Shown piece after piece: positions 19,189 to 29,206 of a stretch of 64,000 nt of DNA. Location of the stretch: the NCBI GenBank assembly GCA_947459415.1, contig CANHDN010000001.1, positions 243 to 64,242 on the forward strand, in the 5' to 3' direction. Under the pieces are notes generated by a model that saw only the letters and a list, made by a program, of their open reading frames with translations, ran no database searches and was not told the origin of the DNA. The first letter of the stretch is position 1. Every line of letters begins with the position of its first letter. Source of the DNA: Bacteroidota bacterium. Lineage in GTDB: Bacteria; Bacteroidota; Bacteroidia; UKL13-3. The translations under genes and the position numbers were made by a program.

Positions 19189-20784
19189 TTATTTGGACAA
19201 TTCTGTTTGGCAGAAGTTTATTTTTTTATGATGCAATAGGGGAATCTGCAATTTTAATCTATTTAAAAAGTTAGCATACGTTTGTTTGTCTTTTGCTAAC
19301 CAAACAACTTCTGCTAATGCTGCCATTCTTGGCATCATCATGTACTCAACTTGGTCTGATGTTTTAATATATTCTGTCCAAACATTTCCCTGAGCTCCTA
19401 AAATAAATGATCCACTTGAACTGTCTAGGTCTGGAGGTATTGGGTGATAACTATAAACTTTTTCTAAGGAAGTAAAGCCCCCAATGGCTAATGGTTCCTT
19501 TTCTGGTAAACCCTGATAGTGATCGAAATAGCAATGTGAGCCCGGAGACATTACAACAGGATGGCCCATTTTGGCAGCAGCAATGCCTCCGCTTTCACCG
19601 CGCCAACTCATTACGACGGCGTTTGGTGCTAAACCACCTTCTAAAATTTCATCCCAGCCAATCATTATTTTACCTCTTTTATTAATCACCTGTTCCATTC
19701 GTTGAATAAAATAAGATTGTAATTCATTTGCATCCTTTAAACCTTTTTCTTTCATGAGCTGCTGGCAAAAACTCGATTTATTCCACTCATCTTTTGGCAC
19801 CTCATCTCCACCAATATGAATATATTTGCTAGGAAAAATTTCCATCACCTCGTTTAATATAGCTGTTAAAAAATGGAAGGTTTCTGCGGTTGGACAGAAT
19901 ACATTTGTTTCTACACCCCAACGAGTGCCAACTTGAGTGGGTAATTTATTGCATGAAAATTCTGGATAAGCAGCTAAAGCGGCAAGTGCATGTCCTGGCA
20001 TTTCAATTTCAGGAATAACTTCAATATGCCTGCTCGTTGCGTATGCGATAATCTCCTTAATCTCTGTCTGTGTATAAAAGCCACCATATTTAATGCTGTC
20101 TATTTTTTGTTCACGGTAATGACCTACCATGGTTCCATTTCTCCACGAACCTATTTCAGTTAGTTTAGGATATTTTTTTATTTCTATGCGCCAACCTTGG
20201 TCGTCTGTTAAATGCCAATGAAATTTATTCATTTTATAGAAGGCGAGCATATCAATATACTTTTTGATAAATGTAGTATTAAAAAAATGCCTACTACAAT
20301 CTAAATGCATGCCACGCCATTGGAATTTGGGTTGGTCTTTAATTTGAACCAAGGGTATATCTATTTGATGGATTTTATTTACAGGTAGCAGTTGAATAAT
20401 CGTTTGAATACCATAAAAAACGCCACTTTCATCATAAGCTTCTATTTTCAGTAGATTGGCGTCACTAGTAATTTGATAGCTACCCGGAATGCTTGGAAGT
20501 GATTTATTGATTTTGATGATAATTTCATTTCTCTTTTTAGATTTTAATTGGAGATCTATTTGATGATTGTTTTTTAAATAGGAAGTTAAATAAGAGTGCT
20601 CGTTTTTTAATTCTTTTGGGGCTAAAAATTTAGTGCCATTGTTTAAATTAAAATGACCACTGATCACCATTAGTTCCTTTGGAAATGGAATCAAAGGTAA
20701 TGATGGATTATCTGCTTTACCCATACTAAGGAGGCAAAGCAACAAAATAGGGAAGATGCTAAGTTGTTTAAAAGACATAATCAT
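19189..20784 (-). CDS. GH20-family beta-N-acetylhexosaminidase
   Basis: Canonical GH20 motifs WRGMHLDCSRHFF and HIGGDEV. Signal peptide. Confidence 0.75.
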   Translation of the reverse strand: MIMSFKQLSIFPILLLCLLSMGKADNPSLPLIPFPKELMVISGHFNLNNGTKFLAPKELKNEHSYLTSYLKNNHQIDLQLKSKKRNEIIIKINKSLPSIPGSYQITSDANLLKIEAYDESGVFYGIQTIIQLLPVNKIHQIDIPLVQIKDQPKFQWRGMHLDCSRHFFNTTFIKKYIDMLAFYKMNKFHWHLTDDQGWRIEIKKYPKLTEIGSWRNGTMVGHYREQKIDSIKYGGFYTQTEIKEIIAYATSRHIEVIPEIEMPGHALAALAAYPEFSCNKLPTQVGTRWGVETNVFCPTAETFHFLTAILNEVMEIFPSKYIHIGGDEVPKDEWNKSSFCQQLMKEKGLKDANELQSYFIQRMEQVINKRGKIMIGWDEILEGGLAPNAVVMSWRGESGGIAAAKMGHPVVMSPGSHCYFDHYQGLPEKEPLAIGGFTSLEKVYSYHPIPPDLDSSSGSFILGAQGNVWTEYIKTSDQVEYMMMPRMAALAEVVWLAKDKQTYANFLNRLKLQIPLLHHKKINFCQTELSK

Positions 20785-20931
20785 TGGATTTAATTCTGCT
20801 AAATAAACACATGTTCATGAGAATAAAAACCTAATAAATAAGAATATCGAATGCGCTATTTGCCACAATCGCAGCTGTTAGAACAAACCACTAGCCGAAA
20901 AATGGCTAGTAGTTGAGATCGGTAAATGTTT

Positions 20932-21807
20932 TTATGAGCGTGTATTCGCTTCTTTATGGATCTTCTTAACTAAACCTTGTAAAACACTTCCAGGTCCGCA
21001 TTCTACAAAATCTGTTGCTCCATCTGCCACCATAGCCAGAACAGATTGGGTCCATTTCACTGGAGCTGTTAGTTGAGCCACTAAATTAGATTTGATATGG
21101 TTAATATCTAAAACCGCTTGCGCATTTACATTTTGATAAATAGGACAAATTGGTGCACTAAAATGGGTGTTGTGAATAGCAGATTCTAATTCAATTCTTG
21201 CAGGTTCCATTAGCGGTGAATGAAATGCTCCGCCCACTTGAAGGACCAATGCACGTTTGGCTCCAGCAGCTTTTAATAGTTCACATGCAGCATTTACTCC
21301 AGCTATACTTCCAGAAATAACCAATTGCCCCGGACAATTATAATTCGCAGCAACAACAATTTCAGTATCTATACTTGCACATATCTCCTCAACTTTTTCA
21401 TCTGCTAAGCCTAAAACTGCCGCCATGGTTGAAGGTTCTATTTCACATGCTTTTTGCATGGCGATGGCACGTGCGTATACCAAGCGAAGACCATCCTCAA
21501 AAGATAAAACTTTTGCTGCAACTAGGGCAGAAAATTCACCTAAACTGTGCCCTGCAACCATATCAGGGTTAAAATCGGCCATCGTCATCGCTTTGATAAC
21601 AGAGTGTAAAAAAATGGCAGGTTGGGTAACGCGCGTTTGTTTTAAATCTTCATCTGTGCCGTTAAACATTAAATCAGTTATGCGGAATCCGAGCATTTCA
21701 TTGGCCTTTTCAAACAAGTCTTTAGCGATGTTATTTTGATCGTATAAATCTTTGCCCATACCAACAAATTGAGCCCCTTGGCCAGGAAATATAAATGCAG
21801 TTTTCAT
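20932..21807 (-). CDS. fabD: malonyl-CoA:ACP transacylase
   Basis: FIFPGQGAQFVGMG and active-site GHSLGEFSALV. Confidence 0.8.
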   Translation of the reverse strand: MKTAFIFPGQGAQFVGMGKDLYDQNNIAKDLFEKANEMLGFRITDLMFNGTDEDLKQTRVTQPAIFLHSVIKAMTMADFNPDMVAGHSLGEFSALVAAKVLSFEDGLRLVYARAIAMQKACEIEPSTMAAVLGLADEKVEEICASIDTEIVVAANYNCPGQLVISGSIAGVNAACELLKAAGAKRALVLQVGGAFHSPLMEPARIELESAIHNTHFSAPICPIYQNVNAQAVLDINHIKSNLVAQLTAPVKWTQSVLAMVADGATDFVECGPGSVLQGLVKKIHKEANTRS

Positions 21808-21876
21808 GATTACTTTATTTGGTTCAAGTATACAAATATTTTTATTGATTAATAAAATTTGCCCTACAGGGATAGA

Positions 21877-23286
21877 TTATTTAGTTTTTTTATACAGCTC
21901 TACCCAGGCCTGATTGCAACTTGTTCTATGCTCTAATTGTAAATTTAGAGCAACTTGGATTGAATCAAATTTAGCATCTGGTTCGTTAGGTACTTTTATA
22001 AAATAGGTGTTGCTTTCACTTTCTATTTGACTAGAAATATTTGTAAAACCTTCTTTAACAAAGCCTGAATATGGATTTGTCAGGTTAACAAGCATTAAAA
22101 ACGGGGCATGGATTTTTTCAGAATATTTCTTTTCCTCTAAATATTTTACCATATCTAATTCGGCTTGAACCAAATATTTATAACTTAAGTCAACATCACT
22201 AAAGTTATTTAATTTAAGGCTATTATCTATATTGTTTAATCCAAATAAGGGAATGAGAACAAAGCTTATTATTTGATAGGTTTTATTAGGTATACTAAAT
22301 ATGATAAGGGCTGCACTACTCAGTAGTAAGCTGTGTGCACCCAATAAATACCTCGAGGAAAAAAAGTTAATAGAGGCAAAAACCATGAAAATAAAAGCAA
22401 AAACAAATGTGCCTAATAGGATGATCTTTTGTTCCGGATGAAATTTTATTTTCAAGAATAATCCTATTATTAGAATTAAAAATGCAGCCAGATAAATATA
22501 GATTCTTGCGTCAGATACAAAATAAGAATTAAATGAAATTTCCATCTTCCATTTAAAATCTGCTAGGCTAACCCAATTCGCATGGCGTGGAAAAAAGAAC
22601 CAACCTAATTTGATTTTTTGAATAATGAAGAAACTAAATCCAACCATAAATAAAATAAACAATCCCAAAAATCTATTTAATAACTCTTTGGTGTTTAATC
22701 GAAGGGTTAATCGCTCAATGATAGCAATCAAACCAAAGGTGGGAATCAAACAAAATGCACTTTCCTTGCTCCACAATGCAAGAATGATTGTAATTGAAAA
22801 ACCTATCCAATTTCTTTTAAAATAGAAATAGAAACTCCAAAGAAATAATAAACAAAGCCAAACTTCAATCAATAGAAAGCTGCTTTGGGTCAGAAAATTG
22901 GGTTGAATGCACAGCAATAAACTAGCTAACAAGGCCTGATTATCTGATTTACTCCAAGATAAATTCACAAAATACATACTGAATAGAAGTGTAATTGCTA
23001 TCAGTAAGGGTAAACTATGTGCAACAAAATTTGAATAGCCCCAAAATTTTATCCAGGCGCTTGCCATAAAATAAAAAAATAAAGGATGTCCGGTGTATAA
23101 ATCTGCTTCAATGCTTCCCGGTAAAATATTAGGTCCTTTTTCTGCCATGGTTCTTATGGCAGGCATATAAACCCAAGCTTCATCCCAAAAATAGGGTAAA
23201 AAGAGGGCATCCCATTTTAAAATAATGAAGCCTATTAGGATGCAAAATAATCCCCAAATTTGAGGTTTCTTAATGAATGTTGTCAA
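21877..23286 (-). CDS. GT-C-fold polytopic membrane glycosyltransferase (ArnT/PMT-like)
   Basis: At least 10 predicted TM helices. DE-containing first loop (LPYFWDEAW) reminiscent of ArnT/PMT_2 family. Confidence 0.45.
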   Translation of the reverse strand: MTTFIKKPQIWGLFCILIGFIILKWDALFLPYFWDEAWVYMPAIRTMAEKGPNILPGSIEADLYTGHPLFFYFMASAWIKFWGYSNFVAHSLPLLIAITLLFSMYFVNLSWSKSDNQALLASLLLCIQPNFLTQSSFLLIEVWLCLLFLWSFYFYFKRNWIGFSITIILALWSKESAFCLIPTFGLIAIIERLTLRLNTKELLNRFLGLFILFMVGFSFFIIQKIKLGWFFFPRHANWVSLADFKWKMEISFNSYFVSDARIYIYLAAFLILIIGLFLKIKFHPEQKIILLGTFVFAFIFMVFASINFFSSRYLLGAHSLLLSSAALIIFSIPNKTYQIISFVLIPLFGLNNIDNSLKLNNFSDVDLSYKYLVQAELDMVKYLEEKKYSEKIHAPFLMLVNLTNPYSGFVKEGFTNISSQIESESNTYFIKVPNEPDAKFDSIQVALNLQLEHRTSCNQAWVELYKKTK

Positions 23287-23317
23287 GTTTCTTTAAATTA
23301 ATGTACAAATAAATAAT

Positions 23318-23773
23318 TTAACTGGTATGGTCCATAACAATGAGCCATTTTCCATCTATTTTTTTAAACCACAAGGTAAAAAGCCCTTGTTGTATGCCCT
23401 TTTGATTTACAACTTTCCAATTTCCTGTAACCAGGGCATTTTTATTATTGATGCCATGAATAGTGATTTCAGAAAAATTCAATGTACCCATTTCCCCTTT
23501 TGCTGCATATGCTTTTTGATATGAATTATATACACTGTTCCATCCCTTTTTTATCCCATTTTTAGATACAAATTTTAACTCTTCATTATTCCAGTAATAT
23601 AACATGAATCCATCCAAATTCCCCATATTCCAAGCTTTCTCTTGTTCAGAAAGTATCATCTTAATCTGATTATCTGGTGGTTTAACAATGTGAACCGTAA
23701 CAGAGCTTTTTGCATGAATACATAGGGGAGATATTAGCAAAAAAAGGAATGTATAAATTAAATTTTTTTTCAT
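23318..23773 (-). CDS. NTF2-like/SnoaL-like (DUF4440-type) secreted protein
   Basis: Signal peptide. Approximately 130-aa NTF2-like pattern (WNMGNLDGFMLYYWNNEELKFVS...VTGNWKV). Confidence 0.45.
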   Translation of the reverse strand: MKKNLIYTFLFLLISPLCIHAKSSVTVHIVKPPDNQIKMILSEQEKAWNMGNLDGFMLYYWNNEELKFVSKNGIKKGWNSVYNSYQKAYAAKGEMGTLNFSEITIHGINNKNALVTGNWKVVNQKGIQQGLFTLWFKKIDGKWLIVMDHTS

Positions 23774-23860
23774 AATAATTTGTATTGAACCAAATTGAAT
23801 TTGGAAGCTTGATTTAACTTTATAATCTTGAATTATTAATTACTGAAACTGGAACAACTA

Positions 23861-26767
23861 TCATTTAAATTTTTCTTTTAAATAGTGTTGGGTATATCCT
23901 TTTTGTGTAAGAATCATGTCTTCTGGTGTGCCAGCAAAAACAATATTTCCTCCTGCTTCCCCGGCATCAGGTCCCAAATCTATGAGCCAATCTGCACATT
24001 TTATTACATCCATATTATGTTCAATAACTATAATACTATGCCCGTGTTCTATGAGTGCATAAAAAGATTGTAATAGTTTATTGATATCATGAAAATGTAA
24101 TCCGGTGGTAGGTTCATCAAAAATAAAAAGAACTGGATCACTGTTTTTTCCTTTGCCTAAGAATGAGGCTAATTTTACCCTTTGTGCCTCGCCACCACTT
24201 AGCGTATTAGAACTCTGTCCTAATTTAATGTAACCTAATCCAACATCTTGTAGTGGTTTTAATTTATTCACAAGGTTTTTTTCATCAATAAAAAATGCAA
24301 TGGCTTCATCTAGGCTTAAATTTAGAATGTCGCTAATGCTTTTACCTTTATAATGCACCTCTCTAATTTCCTCTTTAAACCTGCTACCACGGCAATCTTC
24401 ACAAGGCAAATGTACATCGGCCATAAATTGCATTTCTATGGTAATTTCGCCTTCTCCTTGACAAGTTTCACATCTACCGCCATCTACATTAAAGCTAAAA
24501 TGTTGTGGTTTATAACCGCGCTGCTTAGATAAGGGTAAATTTGCATATAAATCCCTAATTAAATCATAGGCTTTTATATAGGTTACAGGATTGGAGCGAG
24601 ATGATTTTCCTATGGGGTTTTGATCAACAAATTCAATGTTTTTAATACTTTTAAAGTCTCCTTCTAATTTATCAAAACTTCCTGTTTTTTCTCCATTATA
24701 ACTCCCCAAAACCTTCTGTAAGGATGGGTAAAGTATGCTTTTAATTAAAGTAGTTTTCCCGCTTCCACTAACTCCTGTAACCACCGTAAAAACATGCAAT
24801 GGGAAACTAACATCGAATCCCTTTAAATTATTTTGTCTAGCTCCCTTAACTTGAATAGACTGGGTCCATTTTCTTCTTCGTGATGGGATTTTAATTTCAG
24901 CACTACCATTTAAATATTTACCAGTCAAACTTTCTTTATTTTTCTTAATTTCTTTGAGTGTGCCAAATGCGACTACTTCTCCACCATGAATTCCAGCTTC
25001 TGGCCCAATATCAATAATTTGATCGGCTTGCTCCATAATGTCTTGATCATGTTCAACTACCACAACAGTATTTCCAAAATCTCTTAAAGATTTTAATACA
25101 CCAATTAATTTTTCGGTATCTCTGCTGTGTAATCCAATACTTGGTTCGTCTAAAATGTATAAGGAGCCTACCAGATTAGAGCCCAATGAGGTTGCTAAAT
25201 TTATGCGTTGGCTTTCACCGCCGCTCAATGAATTTGATAATCTGTTCAGTGATAAGTACCCAAGCCCCACATTTTTTAAAAACCTTAATCTGTTGGTAAT
25301 TTCTATGAGAATTCTTTTAGCAATTTCATAATCATGGTTATTAAGCGCTAACTGATCAAAATAGCTAAAGCAATCATCTATACTCAATAGTAAAATGTCA
25401 GATAGTGTAATACGCGTATCTTTATTTGTACCTGCGAGTGTTTCATGATAGGTTTTAGGGGTTATTTTTACATAGTTACTATCTTGCCTTAGTCTTGTTC
25501 CATTGCAATCCAAGCAAACTGTTTTGCCTCTATATCTGGCTAGCATCACCCTGTATTGAATTTTATATGTTTGCTTTTCAAGTTCCTTAAAAAAAGACTG
25601 AATTCCATCCCAATCTTTACCACCTTGCCATAAGAATTTCTTTTGAGCAGGATTTAGCTCAAAATACGGTTTATGAATGGGGAAATCATTTTTTCTTGAA
25701 ATGGCTATAAAACGATGTTTCCATTCTTGCATTTTTTCACCTTTCCAAGGCACTATTGCATCCTCAAAGATTGATAATCCTTTATCTGGTATAACCAAAT
25801 CTTCATCAATGCCAATAACACTTCCGAAACCTTCACATGTTTTGCATGCACCATAAGGATTATTAAAGCTAAAAAAGTTTACACTTGGTTCTTCAAAGCT
25901 CATTCCATCTTCTTCAAAACGATTATTAAAATGAATAAGTTGTTTGTCAATACTATCTATCATGATTGACAATTCTCCTTGGCCTTCAATAAATGCGGTT
26001 TGAACCGAATCACTAATCCTATTATTAAAATCTTCATTAAAATGAATCACAGCAAACCTGTCTACCATCAGATAAGCAGATTGGTTTGGTTCAATCAAAC
26101 TTTTCTTTAATTTAATCTTACTTGAGTCTGAATTACTTTTTGTTTGAAGTTCTGTAAGGTATTCTTCTATATCACTAATTTCATTATTTATATAAATTCG
26201 ATTGAATCCATTTTTTAAATGTAATTCAAGTTCTTTTATGATTGATTCAGACTTAGTTTGTAAGGCAACTAAGAGGTAAATTTTAGTATTTTCTGGGTAA
26301 CTTAAGATGGCATCGCATACGTTTTCTATGGTATGTCTTGCCACGCGTTTACCTGAAATAGGAGAGTAGGTTACACCAATTCTTGCAAAAAGTAATTTTA
26401 AATAATCGTAGATTTCAGTGCTGGTTGCAACAGTACTTCTTGGGTTTTTGGTATTTACTTTTTGCTCAATGGCTATGGCTGGTGAAATTCCCTGAATGGT
26501 ATCAACATCAGGTTTATTCATTTTGCCAAGAAACTGTCTTGCATAGGCAGAGAGACTTTCAACATATCGTCTTTGCCCTTCTGCGTATAGTGTATCAAAC
26601 ACTAAGCTACTTTTACCAGAGCCAGAAACTCCAGTTACTATCGTTAATTTATTTCGCTCTATGCTTAAGGAAACATTTTTCAAATTATGCATCCTTGCAC
26701 CTTTTATTAGAATATTTTTATCTTGCATGTCAATCATTACAAATATAGGATATGAATAGCATTGCAA
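23861..26767 (-). CDS. uvrA: excinuclease ABC subunit A
   Basis: Two ABC ATPase modules (GVSGSGKSSLVFDTLYAEGQRRYVESLSAYARQFLG; second Walker A VVTGVSGSGKTTL). Zinc-finger CxxC pairs. About 950 aa. The true start is probably the internal Met near 26728 (MQDKNILIKG...). Confidence 0.85.
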   Translation of the reverse strand: MQCYSYPIFVMIDMQDKNILIKGARMHNLKNVSLSIERNKLTIVTGVSGSGKSSLVFDTLYAEGQRRYVESLSAYARQFLGKMNKPDVDTIQGISPAIAIEQKVNTKNPRSTVATSTEIYDYLKLLFARIGVTYSPISGKRVARHTIENVCDAILSYPENTKIYLLVALQTKSESIIKELELHLKNGFNRIYINNEISDIEEYLTELQTKSNSDSSKIKLKKSLIEPNQSAYLMVDRFAVIHFNEDFNNRISDSVQTAFIEGQGELSIMIDSIDKQLIHFNNRFEEDGMSFEEPSVNFFSFNNPYGACKTCEGFGSVIGIDEDLVIPDKGLSIFEDAIVPWKGEKMQEWKHRFIAISRKNDFPIHKPYFELNPAQKKFLWQGGKDWDGIQSFFKELEKQTYKIQYRVMLARYRGKTVCLDCNGTRLRQDSNYVKITPKTYHETLAGTNKDTRITLSDILLLSIDDCFSYFDQLALNNHDYEIAKRILIEITNRLRFLKNVGLGYLSLNRLSNSLSGGESQRINLATSLGSNLVGSLYILDEPSIGLHSRDTEKLIGVLKSLRDFGNTVVVVEHDQDIMEQADQIIDIGPEAGIHGGEVVAFGTLKEIKKNKESLTGKYLNGSAEIKIPSRRRKWTQSIQVKGARQNNLKGFDVSFPLHVFTVVTGVSGSGKTTLIKSILYPSLQKVLGSYNGEKTGSFDKLEGDFKSIKNIEFVDQNPIGKSSRSNPVTYIKAYDLIRDLYANLPLSKQRGYKPQHFSFNVDGGRCETCQGEGEITIEMQFMADVHLPCEDCRGSRFKEEIREVHYKGKSISDILNLSLDEAIAFFIDEKNLVNKLKPLQDVGLGYIKLGQSSNTLSGGEAQRVKLASFLGKGKNSDPVLFIFDEPTTGLHFHDINKLLQSFYALIEHGHSIIVIEHNMDVIKCADWLIDLGPDAGEAGGNIVFAGTPEDMILTQKGYTQHYLKEKFK

Positions 26768-27480
26768 GATTAAAAAAAACTATGGCTTCCTTAGTTTTTA
26801 TTTTTGCCTTTATACTTTTTTCAAATAAGGTCTTTTCGCAATCTATAGGTGTATATATCGGATCAAGCATTCCATATGGATTATATGCGAGTAAAGATAT
26901 ATACAATACATATTCAGGCATGGCTTTGCAAGGCAAGAACGCAAGCATTTTGATTGAAGACAATCGAAAAGTTAAAAAAATTGATCCTTACTTGCAATTT
27001 ATTCATAATGCGAACGAGGTAGATGAAGAAGCCCTGATAAAAATATATCAATTTAATTATAGAACGGTCCAAGTTTTTGAATCATGGAGACAGAATATTT
27101 TACTGGCAGGTGCAAAAGCAAGTTATTTTGCAGAAAGCTATGATTTGTTCCTAAAAGGAGGTTTGGGATTTGGCTGGATGAAAACGCATGGGTATAATAT
27201 TTATTCTGATTCATTAGGGGTAATTAAATTTAATCCGCTCCGAGTTAATACCCTGGTTTTACAAGCAGGTATTGGCGCAAATATTTATATTAAACAGCAT
27301 GTTGCCCTTTGTGTTGGATATGATCTTTTATACGCAAAAAATAATTTTGGATATGAAAAGTATTCTAATTTAAATGGCCCTATACCTGCAGCCTTGAAGG
27401 TGGAAGTGAAGCCAGATTTTATGGTGGGAAATTTTTATACAGGTCTAAAATTTAATATCGGATCAAGCAGAAGAAAATAA
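26752..27480 (+). CDS. hypothetical outer-membrane beta-barrel protein
   Basis: Signal peptide (LVFIFAFILFSNKVFSQ). Alternating amphipathic strands. C-terminal aromatic-x-aromatic pattern. Confidence 0.45.
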   Translation: MNSIARLKKTMASLVFIFAFILFSNKVFSQSIGVYIGSSIPYGLYASKDIYNTYSGMALQGKNASILIEDNRKVKKIDPYLQFIHNANEVDEEALIKIYQFNYRTVQVFESWRQNILLAGAKASYFAESYDLFLKGGLGFGWMKTHGYNIYSDSLGVIKFNPLRVNTLVLQAGIGANIYIKQHVALCVGYDLLYAKNNFGYEKYSNLNGPIPAALKVEVKPDFMVGNFYTGLKFNIGSSRRK

Positions 27481-27627
27481 TTTTTTTTTCCTAACGCTTG
27501 TTTTTTTCATTTCATATGTTATATTCGTTTTACAAAAGAATTCAACAACACTAAAAACACATAGCTTATAGATTACAATTTCTACACTAATATTTCTCTT
27601 TGGTTTCACCTTTAAATTTAAACAACC

Positions 27628-28206
27628 ATGAACATGCAGAAAATTAGTGACCACGAACTGGTAAAGCTATACCAATCAGGCACTCAAGCAGCTCTCGAAG
27701 AATTAATTAAACGCCACAAGCGTAGTATTTTTTCTGCAATTTATCTTTTGGTAAGAGATAGACCTTTAGCAGAAGATATTTTTCAGGAAACGTTTATTAA
27801 AATTATACATACACTAAGGTCTGGAAATTACAATGAAGAAGGTAAGTTTGCCGGATGGGCAGTTCGGGTAGGCCGAAACTTAACCATTGACTATCTCCGT
27901 AAAATTAAGAGAGATGTTACAATTACCGATAGTGAAGGCAATGGCATTTTTGATTATTTAATCTTTGCTGATGAGAACAAAGAGGATAAAATAATGAAAA
28001 TGCAAACAGAAACTGAACTCAAAAATTTAATTAAACGTTTACCTATTGAACAACGTGAAGTTCTCATTATGCGTCATTGGGGCGATATGAGCTTCAAGGA
28101 AATTGCAGATAAAACAGGTGTTAGCATTAATACTGCCTTAGGCAGAATGCGTTATGCCTTAAATAATTTACGCAAATTGATGGTTGCCAAAGGAATGCAG
28201 ATTTAA
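27628..28206 (+). CDS. ECF-type RNA polymerase sigma-70 family factor
   Basis: Region 2 (IFQETFIKI...FAGWAVRVGRNLTIDYLRK) and region 4 HTH (VLIMRHWGDMSFKEIADKTGVSINTALGRMRYA). Confidence 0.8.
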   Translation: MNMQKISDHELVKLYQSGTQAALEELIKRHKRSIFSAIYLLVRDRPLAEDIFQETFIKIIHTLRSGNYNEEGKFAGWAVRVGRNLTIDYLRKIKRDVTITDSEGNGIFDYLIFADENKEDKIMKMQTETELKNLIKRLPIEQREVLIMRHWGDMSFKEIADKTGVSINTALGRMRYALNNLRKLMVAKGMQI

Positions 28207-28264
28207 TCAAATCTAACACTTCTTATCAACTCCTTTTTTTATAAACCCTTTAATTATCAATGTT

Positions 28265-28843
28265 ATGAATGCAAAAGCAAAAATGGCATTGCTATTGGTA
28301 GCTCTGGTAGCAATGTTTTCTTTCGAAGTTCCAAAAGGCTGGTACAAAGCTGGAAGTAATCCAGATCAATACGAAATAGGTATTGATAATGGCGCTGGAA
28401 TTAATGGAACAAATGCAGCAACTATCCGTTCTGCTAGCACTCGTGTAAGGGGATTTGGTACACTTGTTCAAAACCTAAAACCAGGAAATTTTGCAGGGAA
28501 GCGAATTCGTTTTTCTGGTTACATAAAAACTGCTGATGTAAATGGCTGGGCTGGTTTTTGGTTACGTATAGATGGCAGTAAGCCAAGTGATCCATGTGTT
28601 TTTGATAATATGTCTAACCGAAAAATTAAAGGCTCTAATGAGTTTCAGCGCTATGAAATAATAGTGGATGTGCCAAAAAAAGCCACTAATATTGCTTATG
28701 GTGCTTTATTAAGTGGAGGCGGTCAATTGTGGTTTGATGATATTTCTTTTGAATTGGTGGATGAAAGTGTAAAGCCTACCATTCCCTATGCGAAAGAAAA
28801 AGATCCTCATAATCAACCAACTAATCTTGGTTTTGAAGAGTAA
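28265..28843 (+). CDS. hypothetical secreted protein
   Basis: Hydrophobic N-terminus (ALLLVALVAMFSF). No recognisable domain. Immediately downstream of the ECF sigma gene. Confidence 0.45.
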   Translation: MNAKAKMALLLVALVAMFSFEVPKGWYKAGSNPDQYEIGIDNGAGINGTNAATIRSASTRVRGFGTLVQNLKPGNFAGKRIRFSGYIKTADVNGWAGFWLRIDGSKPSDPCVFDNMSNRKIKGSNEFQRYEIIVDVPKKATNIAYGALLSGGGQLWFDDISFELVDESVKPTIPYAKEKDPHNQPTNLGFEE

Positions 28844-28908
28844 TTGATTTTTATGTAAAATAATTTTACTGGGGCAGGCGTTTTCTAACTAAAAAGAAAA
28901 CCCTGCTT

Positions 28909-29151
28909 ATGGTAAAAAATTACACAGAAAATGATTTATTAAGATATCTCTATGGTGAGCTATCTGAGAAAGAGCAACTTGAAATTGAATCTCAACTGCT
29001 TATAGATAATCAACTGAATAAGGCATTTGTACAATTGCAAAATGGTATAGCCAATTTGGAGCAACTTGCACAAGAACCAAGTGAAACCAGTATAGATATT
29101 ATTCTAACTTATTCTCAGGAAACGGCAAGTAGAAATATAGCGGTCGTTTAA
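28909..29151 (+). CDS. small soluble protein resembling a cysteine-less anti-sigma factor N-terminal domain
   Basis: ENDLLRYLYGELSEKEQLEIESQLL matches the L-x-x-Y-L-D/Y-G-E-L-S-x-x-E...H-L pattern of zinc-binding anti-sigma domains, but lacks the HxxxCxxC ligands and any TM segment. Confidence 0.35.
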   Translation: MVKNYTENDLLRYLYGELSEKEQLEIESQLLIDNQLNKAFVQLQNGIANLEQLAQEPSETSIDIILTYSQETASRNIAVV

Positions 29152-29152
29152 T

Positions 29153-29197
29153 AAAAATGCCCTTGAATTTAATTTAATTCAAGGGCATTTTTATTTG
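29153..29197. terminator. bidirectional Rho-independent terminator
   Basis: Perfect 13-bp stem atgcccttgaatt (29157-29169) / aattcaagggcat (29176-29188). Flanked by an A-run upstream and ttttatttg downstream. Sits between convergent genes. Confidence 0.7.
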
Positions 29198-29206
29198 CTA
29201 AGATTG

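Noticed and set aside
17598-19231. Several 60-144-aa ORFs antisense to cutC and the glycosylasparaginase gene (17598-17840, 18504-18761, 18561-18800, 18797-19231)
   Set aside because: All lie wholly inside well-supported enzymes with clear catalytic motifs. The translated sequences are low-complexity (Pro/Ser/Leu-rich) and lack signal or domain features.
20785-20931. Possible terminator or small RNA in the 147-bp spacer between the GH20 start and fabD
   Set aside because: Only a 7-bp stem (actagcc/ggctagt) without a U-tract on either strand. Insufficient evidence.
21375-21739. ORFs antisense to fabD (21375-21572, 21425-21739)
   Set aside because: Embedded in a highly conserved housekeeping gene, so shadow ORFs.
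26383-26963. 121-aa and 77-aa ORFs overlapping the uvrA 5' end
   Set aside because: They overlap the uvrA N-terminal ATPase region, whose sequence is near-canonical. The 77-aa ORF also overlaps the downstream OMP start. No independent support.
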